A stretch of DNA of 64,000 nt, taken from NCBI RefSeq assembly GCF_036971445.1, contig NC_091469.1, forward strand, positions 212,722,001 through 212,786,000, in the 5' to 3' direction. Below, piece by piece: positions 50,791 through 60,025 of this stretch. The DNA is from Narcine bancroftii. Lineage: Eukaryota. The notes below the pieces were generated by a model. That model had not been told where the DNA came from. It did no database searches and was given only the letters and a program-made list of their open reading frames with translations. Position 1 is the first letter of the stretch. Each line of letters opens with the position of its first letter. A program made the translations under genes and the position numbers.

Positions 50791-50910
50791 ACTGCTACTC
50801 GTTCGCTGCTGAAGGCAGCGCCTCTCATAGACTGCGACTCGTTCGCTGCTGAAGGCAGCGCTTCTCATAGACTGCTACTTGTTCGCTGCTGAAGGCAGCG
50901 CTTCTCACAG
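50791..50910. repeat. 40-bp tandem repeat x3
   Basis: actgctactcgttcgctgctgaaggcagcgc(c/t)tctcatag at 50791, 50831 and 50871. Confidence 0.92.
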
Positions 50911-51212
50911 ACTTCGTCGGGACAACACTTACAAAGGTCGTGTGCTTCAAAGACACTGCTTCAATATTTCAACGTATGGGATGGACTAGACTCTTTACTG
51001 AGAACTGGAGCCTGATACTCCAAACCCTAATAAGCAGCTGCACTCACTCCCCTGACCTTCATGGTGCTCCCCTACCTAAAGACGTTACACAGACATTACA
51101 ATTCGGTTATTGACCAGCTGGGTAAAACTACACCTTACACTTGAAAGATCAGTGTTACTGATCTAAAAGAAAAGTGAGGAAAGTGGGGGGGGGGATCAGT
51201 CACACTGACACT

Positions 51213-51867
51213 TTTTTTCTTTGGCTTGGCTTCGCGGACGAAGATTTATGGAGGGGGTAAAAAGTCCACGTCAGCTGCAGGCTCGTTTGTGGCTGACCAG
51301 TCCGATGCGGGACAGGCAGACACGATTGCAGCGGTTGCAAGGGAAAATTGGTTGGTTGGGGTTGGGTGTTGGGTTTTTCCTCCTTTGCCTTTTGTCAGTG
51401 AGGTGGGCTCTGCGGTCTTCTTCAAAGGAGGCTGCTGCCCGCCAAACTGTGAGGCGCCAAGATGCACGGTTTGAGGCGTTATCAGCCCACTGGCGGTGGT
51501 CAATGTGGCAGGCACCAAGAGATTTCTTTAGGCAGTCCTTGTACCTTTTCTTTGGTGCACCTCTGTCACGGTGGCCAGTGGAGAGCTTGCCATATAATAC
51601 GATCTTGGGAAGGCGATGGTCCTCCATTCTGGAGACGTGACCCATCCAGCGCAGCTGGATCTTCAGCAGCGTGGACTCGATGCTGTCGACCTCTGCCATC
51701 TCGAGTACCTCGACGTTAGGGGTGTGAGCGCTCCAATGGATGTTGAGGATGGAGCGGAGACAACGCTGGTGGAAGCGTTCTAGGAGCCGTAGGTGGTGCC
51801 GGTAGAGGACCCATGATTCGGAGCCGAACAGGAGTGTGGGTATGACAACGGCTCTGTATACGCTTAT
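51213..51867 (-). mobile_element. RTE-clade LINE, 5'-truncated, inside ERV-B
   Basis: Near-identical to 25176-25836; 10-bp TSD CACTGACACT (51203-51212, 51868-51877). Confidence 0.92.
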
Positions 51868-51948
51868 CACTGACACTAGTAACCAAAGATCAGTAACACT
51901 GATCATGGTGAAAGATCAGTATTACTGATCTAAAAGAAAAGTGAGGAT

Positions 51949-52637
51949 TGTGAGAGATGGGAAAATTGACCTAAAATTATGAACATGGAAGAAACTAAAG
52001 TTCATCAGTAAAATGGCTGAAACCAGTTCAAACAGGATAAGTTTGGGGCTTAGGATGCAGGAAAGCAGAGTCAGCACGATTAACATAAGAATCTTCTATC
52101 CTTTGTGACAAGACCATAGGACTAAGATAAGGAATGGTAAGGTACAATAGAATGTAGGAAGTTGAGGTAGTCTGGATCAGATAAGGGTCTCCTAGCCCTG
52201 GACAGAAGTACCAAGTCATACATTTCTAATTAGCTAACCATACACAGATTTATACATATGAAATTAGCCAACCCTAGATAGAATGAGTCAACTCTGCATA
52301 TCAAGAGACTGTAGCCCAGAGAATCAGGAAGGTGTGAATAAGGACAATGACATGATGGGACACCCACAGGATACCCCCTGGTCCTCCAAGTGTACTGAAA
52401 CTGCACGTAGGCAGGAAGAATTACCTATGCCAAACCCATCCAGGGGGCAGAAGAATGTAAGGGGGAGGGCATTCTGATACTGAAATTGACTGTATAAAAG
52501 TTGGGTGAGCCCCAGTGTGTGTGTGTATTCCCAGGGTAAGGGGAAGCACCCAACTTTGCATTGTTGTAGTAATAAATGTTCTTTGTTCTCAATTTTTGTC
52601 TCGAGCAATTTCTTTAAAGGTACTTTAATTCCTAACA
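51949..52637 (+). repeat. ERV-B 3' LTR (689 bp)
   Basis: TGTGAGAG…CCTAACA ends, preceded by the PPT and followed by the TSD. Confidence 0.93.
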
Positions 52638-53944
52638 ACCTTACTCAAGTCCACAGCCTTTCCTTCATCAACTTTCCTGGTAACCTCCTTGAAAAATTCT
52701 GTAAGATAGGTTAAACAAAGCCTAATCAGTCCCTGGAAATCTAAATAACTGTATATACAATCTCTTAGAACACCTTTCAATAATTTATCTACTACTGATG
52801 TCAGGCTCACTGGCCTATAATTACCAGGCTTAATTTTGGACCCTTTTTTAAACAACAGAACAACGTGAGCTACCCTCAAATCCTCTGGCACCCACCCATA
52901 GCTAAGGACATTTGAAATATTTCTGTCAGAGCCCCAGCAATTTCTACACTCACCTCTGTCAAGGCCCAAGGGAATAACTTGTCAGACCCTGGGGATTTAT
53001 CCACCCTTATTTGTTTTAAGACAGAAAGCACTTCCTCCTCTTTAATCAGATAGGTTACATGCTTGTTTTCCTTACTTCCCACAACTCTATGTCTCTTTCT
53101 TGAGTGAATACTGATGAAAAGAAAACATTTAAGGCTCTCCAATCTCTTTGGCTCCATACAAAGCCGACCTTCAAGGTCCCTTACTATCCTTTTGATCTTA
53201 ATAGACCTGTAGAAACCCATAGGATTTTCCTTCACGTTGTCTGCAAAGCAACCTCATGTCTTCTTTTTTAGCCTCATGATTACTCTCTTGAAGTCTTTCT
53301 TGCATTTTTTATACTCAAGTACATCATTTGCTCCATGTTGCCTATACCAGTTATATACCTCTCTCATCTACCGAACCATATCCCTAATTCACTCAAAAAC
53401 CAAGGTTCCATATGCCTTCTAACCTTGCCTTTGATCCTGACAGGAGCGTACAAACTCTGAACTCCCAAATTTTTACCTTTGAAGGTCAAGCCAATGGTAT
53501 ATTGGTCTTTATTGGAAGAGAATTGGAGTAGAGGAGCAGAGGAAAGTTGCTCCAATCATACAGGGCTCAGATGAGACAATATTTGGAATAATTAGTCCAG
53601 CTCTGAAGGAAGGATTGGCGTGATTGTGGGACTGCAGGGATTGCTTTCTGGGATGTGGGTTTGTTGCATGATAGGCAAGAAACAGGCTGCCTCTGGGTTC
53701 TCCAGAGTTTGGAACAGCTGTTCAAATCAATCAGCGGCAAGACCCCTGTAATTAGCACCAACACAGAGAACACTCACTCTCTCTGCCTTGCGGTGACAGC
53801 CTCAGACACCACTCCATGCCAGGTCACTGCTGCAAACGTTGTTTGGAAGGTCGTGGGTAAGGTGCACACTGCGCTGAAGCTGAGCGTGGGATTGCTATAG
53901 CTCAAATCACTATAGGTCAATACTGGCAGTAGAGTCGTATCTCT

Positions 53945-54390
53945 AGACAGATCAAGGGTCCAGGAGGGTGTGTATAACCCCTGTGGGTACAGTGGTACCA
54001 GATCTATCTCCCAACCGATCAGAGATCCAAGCGCATGTTTTACCTCTGTGGGTACAGTAGTACCAGATACACCTATCAACTGATCAGGGGTCTGGGAGGG
54101 TGTGTATAATCCCTGTGAGTACAGTGGTACCAGATCCACCTCCTAACCGATCAGGGATCCGAGGCATGTTTTACCCCTGTAGTACAGTAGTACCAGATGC
54201 ACCTATCAACAGATCAAGGGTCTGGGAGGGTGTGTATACCCCTGTGGGTACAGTGGTACCAGATCCATCTCCCATTTCTCAGGGGTCCGGGAGGGTGTAT
54301 ATAACCCCTGTGGGTACAGAGGTACCAGATCCAACTCCCCTTTTACAGGGGTCCGGGTGGGTGAGTATATATCCTGCTTACAGGGTGTGA
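53945..54390. repeat. ~65-bp minisatellite (~6 units)
   Basis: gtacagtggtaccagat recurs at ~53987, 54052, 54119, 54182, 54248 and 54313. Confidence 0.85.
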
Positions 54391-55029
54391 ATGACTGCAT
54401 CACCTGTGTAAATTAATACTTGAATACTGTAATGTTTTTTCTTGTTTGTTTCCTGATATGACCGGTTCCCACATTCTCTTATAAATTGTGTGCGTCTGTT
54501 CCCATGCTCCCTCATAAACTGTGTGAGTCTGTTCCCATGCTCCCTTATAAATTGTATGTGTTTGTACCCACACTCCCTATAAATTGTTTCCCTTCTTGAT
54601 TGTTGAGTTAATAAACCCTTGTGTCCAGACTCATCCCTCACACTGTCAACCCTCCTAGATAGTGGATAAATCACCAGACATGCTGCACTGAGGTGCCTTT
54701 CCACTGCACCATTATTTACCTGGTTAAATGGCAACACGTCATTTTAAGGGCGATGCAACCTTCAGCAGTGATGATACGAGAGCAGTTTGTGCTTACACAC
54801 CATCAGAAGGCGAATAGTGAGTTAACTCAGCAATGATCTGACAATGACACCCCCGACCCACCATCCCACCAAGTATCAGAGCCCAGTTGAATTTAACTTG
54901 CCCTGCTAGGTTGGGGCATTTCACACTGCACGGTTACTAGGAACGGACTCGCTAAATTAGCTGGTTAATCCACACGGAATCAGCGGTATGTAAAAGCACT
55001 GACAGTGTCACTCAGTCATCCTGTCTCAG

Positions 55030-56511
55030 TGGGATATCTATACAGTGACCAGTAATCTCTCAGGGGGATATCTGTACACTGACAAGTATCTCCCAGTATC
55101 TCTCTCAGGGGGAAGGACATCTGTACACTGACCAGTGTCTCTCAGTCCCTCTCTCTCAGGGGGATATCTGAATACTGACCAGAGTCTCTCAGTTCTTCTC
55201 TCTCATGGGGATATCTGTACATAGACTAGTAATCTCTCTGACCCTCTCTCTCAGGGGGATATCTGTATACTGACGAGTATCTCTCAGTCCCTTTAACTCA
55301 GGGAGATATCTGTACACTGACCAGTACCTCTCAGTCCCTCTCTCTCAGGGGGATATCTGTACATTGACCAGTAATCTCTCAGTTCCTCTCACTCACAGGG
55401 ATATCTGAACAGTGACCAGTATCTCTCAGTCCCTCTCTCTCAGGGGGATGGATATCTGTAAATAGACCAGTGTCTCTCAGTTCCTCTCTCTCAGGAGGAT
55501 ATCTGTACATAGACCAGTGTCTCTCAGTTACTCTCTCTCAGGGGGATCGATATCTGTACAGAGACTAGTAATCTCTCAGTCCCTCTCTCTCAAGGGGATA
55601 TCTGTACACTGACCAGTATCGCTCAGTCCCTTTCTCTCAGGAGGATATCTGTACAATGACGAGTAACTCTCAGTCCCTCTCTCTCAGGGGGATATCTGTA
55701 CACTGACCAGTATCTCTCAGTCCTCTCTCTCAGGGAGATATCTTACACTGACCAGTATCTCTCAGTCCTCTCTCTCAGGGAGATATCTTACACTGACCAG
55801 CATCTCTCAGTCCTCTCTCTCAGGGGGATATCTTACACTGACCAGTATCACTCAGTCCTCTCTCTCAGTGAGATATCTTACACTGACCAGTATCTCTCAG
55901 TCCCTCTCTCTCATGGGAATACCTGTACACTGACCAGTGTTCCTCATTCAATCTATCGGGGGATATCTGTTCACTGACCAGTATCTCTCAGTCCGCTCTC
56001 TCAGGGAGATATCTTACACAAACCAGTATCTCTCAGTTCCTCTCTCTCAGGGTGATATCTTACACTGACCAGTATCTCTCAGTTCCTCTCTCTCAGGGAG
56101 ATATCTTACACTGACCAGTATCTCTCAGTTCATATCTCTCAGGGGGATATCTTGCACTGACCAGTATCTCTCAGTCCTCTCTCTCAGGGAAATATCTTAC
56201 ACTGACCAGTATCTCTCAGTCCTCTCTCTCAGGGGGATATCTTGCACTGACCAGTATCTCTCAGTCCTCTCTCTCAGGGAGATATCTTACACTGACCAGT
56301 ATCTCTCAGTCCTCTCTCTCAGGGAGATATCTTACACTGACCAGTATCTCTCAGTTCCTCTCTCTCAGGGGGATATCTTGCACTGACCAGTATCTCTTAG
56401 TCCTCTCTCTCAGGGGGATATCTTACACTGACCAGTATCTCTCAGTCCTCTCTCTCAGGGGGATATCTGCACACTGACCAGTACCTCTCAGTCCCTCTCT
56501 CTCTCTCAGGG
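55030..56511. repeat. 45-47-bp tandem array (~32 units) directly upstream of the VH promoter
   Basis: Unit gggggatatct(g)tacactgaccagtatctctcagtc(c)ctctctctca. Confidence 0.95.
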
Positions 56512-56599
56512 GAAATGAGTGATTTGAAAAGTGTGAGCAATGTTTAATCCGGATCTTACCAGGTCTGCTGACCTGCCGCCTGTTGCACAGACAAACATC

Positions 56600-56720
56600 G
56601 TTTGGGAACTGAAATCTCTGCTGGGGGCGGGGACAGGAAACAGCGCCTCTGGTTTCAGTGGGTGGGGACCTGTTCGAGCCGCGGCTCCCTCTCGCTGCTC
56701 TCTTCCCTATTTAAGCAGCG
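56600..56720 (+). promoter_or_regulatory. VH promoter: Ets-IRF-like site, GC box, TATA-like box; no octamer
   Basis: GGAACTGAAA 56605-56614; GGGGCGGGG ~56624; TATTTAA 56708-56714, ~100 bp before the leader ATG. Confidence 0.6.
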
Positions 56721-56806
56721 CTCACTGCAGCTCCCGACAAAGCCGGTCTGAGCTGAAGCCGCCGACCTGTGCAGTGTCCATCATGTCTGGCTCGGTGCGC
56801 GGGGCG

Positions 56807-56852
56807 ATGGGACTCGCTCCTTATCTCTTTCTCCTTCTGTGCTGTCTGGCAG
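56807..56852 (+). CDS. VH leader exon (MGLAPYLFLLLCCLA/G), cluster 2
   Basis: Hydrophobic signal peptide, donor CAG|GTGGGT, phase 1, 114-bp intron. An in-frame upstream ATG exists at 56783. Confidence 0.9.
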
Positions 56853-56966
56853 GTGGGTGTCCCCGTGTCTTCACCCCGCCCGCCCGCCCGGGGTCGGCTG
56901 CGTCTCGGACACTCTCTCCCCGTGGAACCGTTCCCTGAAGTCCGCTCTTTTCTCTTTTCTTGACAG

Positions 56967-57264
56967 GCGTGCGGTCCGAGGTGGTGCTGACCCAGCCCGC
57001 GTCAGTGGTGCAAAAGCCCGGGGCGTCCGTCACGCTGACCTGTAAGACCAAGGGGTTCAGTCTCAGTAGCTACGGCATGCACTGGGTGAAACAGGAGTCC
57101 GGGAAAGGGCTGCAATGGGTGTCAGGAGTAGCGGGTAGTGGTAGCAAATATTATGCGCCTGGATTCCAAGGCCGATTCACCGTTTCCAAGGACAGCAACA
57201 CCGTCTACCTGGAAATAAACAGCCTGAGCGTGAAGGACACGGCCACCTATTACTGTACGAGAGA
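56967..57264 (+). CDS. Germline VH gene segment (intact)
   Basis: GVRS|EVVLTQP…LTCKTKGFSLSSYGMHWVKQESGKGLQWV…GRFTVSKD…DTATYYCTRD. Confidence 0.96.
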
Positions 57265-57303
57265 CACAGCGAGAGGAACCGGGGCTGGGCCGCTGCAAAA
57301 ACC
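57265..57303 (+). promoter_or_regulatory. VH 23-RSS
   Basis: CACAGCG + 23 bp + GCAAAAACC. Confidence 0.93.
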
Positions 57304-57500
57304 CAGCGCCTGCCCTCAGGGCTCAGGGCCCCGGAGTGAATGGGCAGCAGGACTGACCCCAGGGGATTCCCGGCCTCGCTGCGCCGCCGTCGGCCCTCGC
57401 TGGGACTAGGAGGCGAGGGGTCCGCATGACTCCCGGGAAGACCAGGCGATCCGCGGATCGATTCCCAGAGCAGGTCGGCGCCGAGCGCCGCGGATGGGAC

Positions 57501-57562
57501 TGTTGTTGAGCGGCGCTGTGTCACCGTGTGGGACCACGGTGATGCGGAGCTGAACAGAAATT
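57501..57562 (+). other. DH segment (coding TGGGAC, 57529-57534) flanked by 12-RSS on both sides
   Basis: TGTTGTTGA-12-CACCGTG [TGGGAC] CACGGTG-12-ACAGAAATT. Confidence 0.88.
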
Positions 57563-57865
57563 GGCGCCGGCCGATCAGCGGCTGCAGGGCAGCCCGTCTC
57601 CACGGATCCCGCACGGCTGCTTCCCACGGCCACCTCCCCGAAACATGGCTGTGGCTGCTGGAGGGGCAGGGACTTTTCCGGCCAATGAAGCGGCCAAAAG
57701 GAGGCGACTGAGTTTCGGGCGGGACGGTGCGAGCCGGCGCCCGCACCACAGCAACACGGCAGGAAGAGACGAGCCCGGAGTCCGTGCCGGGAAGCGGCTG
57801 CCGGGGGTGCAGACGGGCCTCGGACCGGCCCTTGGCGGAGGTGGCTGGACGTGACGGGCCAGCGG

Positions 57866-57944
57866 AGTTATTGTACTGGGCGAGTCGGGAGACGGAGCAG
57901 TGTGGACTACTGGGGGAAAGGAACCTCGCTGACAGTGGCTTCAG
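57866..57944 (+). CDS. JH segment (57905-57944, DYWGKGTSLTVAS) with upstream 23-RSS
   Basis: AGTTATTGT-23-CAGTGTG, WGxG motif, donor CAG|GTAAGA. Confidence 0.95.
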
Positions 57945-58149
57945 GTAAGACCCAGCCTCTCCATTCATTCCACCCTTCCCCATTGCTAATTGATGACTTT
58001 GCGGCCTGAGACCAGTGAGATCAAGGGAGCCGTGACTGGAAGCTCCCCGAGACGGGCGGGTGAAGTGTTTCCCGTCGGCTGCTTTCTCGGTTCCAGCCAG
58101 GCTGCGGGAAACGTGTGATCCGGTTAAAGTCTGAATAACCCCCAGGGTC

Positions 58150-58900
58150 CAGGTGGAGCTCGGTCCGCTCCTGTCATGTCTGCTGTGAGGCCCGTCCCAG
58201 GACACACAACCCCCGACTGCAGAGAGAGACGAGCCCGGGATTTGATGATGGGCGCAGAGATTTATTCCCTGATGGGTGGGCTCGGTGGGAAGCAGCGGGA
58301 GGAGGCGGAATCGGGAAGGAGAGACCGGGAAATGAACACAGAGGGCTTTTCCAGGTGCCTTCTCCGCTAAGAATGCGCATCCCAGCGCAGCTGTCCTTTC
58401 AGCTTTCAACACTGCCACCGAACTGCAATTTAAAGGGACGCTTCTGCTTCTTCAGGCGCCTTCTTGGCAGAGAATGCACCTGGAAAAGGCTACTGAGCTG
58501 AGCTGCTTCTCGCTCTCGGAGGAGGGTAACGTCGCTCGCCTCAAGAGCGCCTCCTGCACATTCAGGTGGCCTCAAAACAGCCGCATATTGCCGGAACATG
58601 CGGCTTTACGCGCGGGACAATTGGCCACCTGAAAGTGCCTTGAGTGACTTCCTCGGTCCCAGGGCAGGAGATGGGAATCTTCAGTCCATGATCGCTCAGC
58701 GTTTCACAGAAACTAGGGTGGATGCAGCAACTGTGTGATCTGGATCGCACTGAGTGCAAGGTGGTGGGTGGTTATGGCTCCGGGGGGAAACACAGAAGGA
58801 ACACAGAAATCCTGGAGGAACTCAGCCGGTCTCGCAGGGTCCACAGGAGGTAATGATATATTCCCCACGTTCGGTTTCTGAAGAAGCCACGTTCAGGTGT
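58150..58900. promoter_or_regulatory. E-box cluster, candidate intronic enhancer
   Basis: CAGGTG/CACCTG at 58150, 58352, 58477, 58563, 58626 and 58894; CAGCTG at 58388. Confidence 0.4.
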
Positions 58901-59170
58901 AAGGAACAATTTGGAAATAAAGGCTGGTGACTGGAGAGGGGGAAAGGGGTGGGGGGGGGGGCGACCAAAATTTGTTAATTGGATATGAGGAAAGGTGAGA
59001 ATTGATATTGGCTGTGGAGGGAGGAGGGGAGAGAAAACAGGCGCAAAGGCGAGAGGGGGAAGGAGAGGGGAGTTGGTTTTACGGAACCCGGAGATAATAG
59101 TATAGAAGGAACAGGAGAGGGACCTCCCCACCACCCCTTTAAGGAAGGGGAAAAGTGGTTGGAGAGTGAC
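58790..59170 (-). mobile_element. Penelope-like terminal-repeat fragment
   Basis: acacagaaatcctggaggaactcagc resembles the reverse complement of the end of the 29530-30270 element. Confidence 0.5.
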
Positions 59171-59866
59171 CATTCAGTTGAGTGGCAAGCGCTGGTCCGG
59201 TTGGATGAATTGATTCGATCTGTGCGCAGTCATTCAGTGGAACGACTAATTGTATAAATCCAGAAAACACCCACTCGAGGAAATCCCGTGAAATATCCCA
59301 GGGCGCTCAGAGCCGGAGTGAAACGCCGAATTAGGACCCCCATGCACTGTCCTGTCAGATACAAAGTTCCTTTCGAACTTCCTTCTCGATCTCAGAGCAT
59401 GGGGGAGTGGGAGTGGGGGGTTGGGGATGGAGTTCCCTCCACACTCTCCTGTTGTAGCCTCCAGGACATTGACGGACACAATACATGGAATCTAACTCTC
59501 CATGTTGTTGTGTCCAACACTACCGGGGTGGGGGGAATGCGACTGAGCGCAGAGGATTCTATACACTGGGAAAACAATATGATGTGGAAAGTTCGCAGAA
59601 ATGAATGGTTGGGACAGAGAGAAAATGTTGTATCCAGTGGGGTTGTGATTTTTCAGGAGGACATATTTCCTGTCTCTACTCTTGAATTGCAATATTCAGT
59701 GTCCAGAAAACAAAGCGTTTCATTCCGTATTAAGTATGAATTTAAGGCTCAGAGTTTGGAGTTTCTGATGTTCTTCCACTTACTGACATCATATCGAATC
59801 CTAAACTAGCTGTTCATTCCTACATTCCCAGGGAATTCTTTTAGAAATCCCACTCTGCCCTCAAAC

Positions 59867-60025
59867 CCCCCTCTCCACCCCAGCACCCTGCTGCCCCAGC
59901 CAGTCCCTCTCCCCCTCTCCACCCCAGCACCCTGCTGCCCCAGCCAGTCCCTCTCCCCCTCTCCACCCCAACACCCTGCTGCCCCAGCCAGTCCCTCTCC
60001 ACCCCTGCTGCCCCAGCCAGCCCCT
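59867..60025. repeat. 44-bp C-rich tandem repeat (~3.5 units) in the J-C intron
   Basis: ccccctctccaccccagcaccctgctgccccagccagtccctct at 59867, 59911 and 59955. Confidence 0.9.

Larger units (their letters stand above)
49216..52637 (+). mobile_element. Non-autonomous ERV-derived LTR element (ERV-B): LTR - env relic - PPT - LTR
   Basis: 4-bp TSD ACCT (49212-49215, 52638-52641); PPT AAAAGAAAAGTGAGGAT before 51949; interior homologous to ERV-A env; no gag, pol or PBS. Confidence 0.92.
47860..53485 (-). mobile_element. CR1 LINE ORF2 relic split by ERV-B and a SINE
   Basis: KSPGSDKLFPWAL, PGNYRPVSLTSVV, QGSVP…FADHTKI, LYKTLVRPNLEY; CR1-like sequence on both sides of the 49216-52637 insertion. 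Confidence 0.85.

Noticed and set aside
54386-54642. Possible solo LTR (TGTGA…TCACA, AATAAA, internal repeats)
   Set aside because: No matching TSD and an uncertain left boundary; could not support a call.
55030-56511. CRISPR-like appearance of the regular repeats (also 30312-30850)
   Set aside because: Head-to-tail units with no unique spacers, in a vertebrate context; these are ordinary minisatellites.
57177-58418. 413-aa minus-strand ORF across V-D-J
   Set aside because: Stop-poor GC-rich shadow frame with no recognisable domain.
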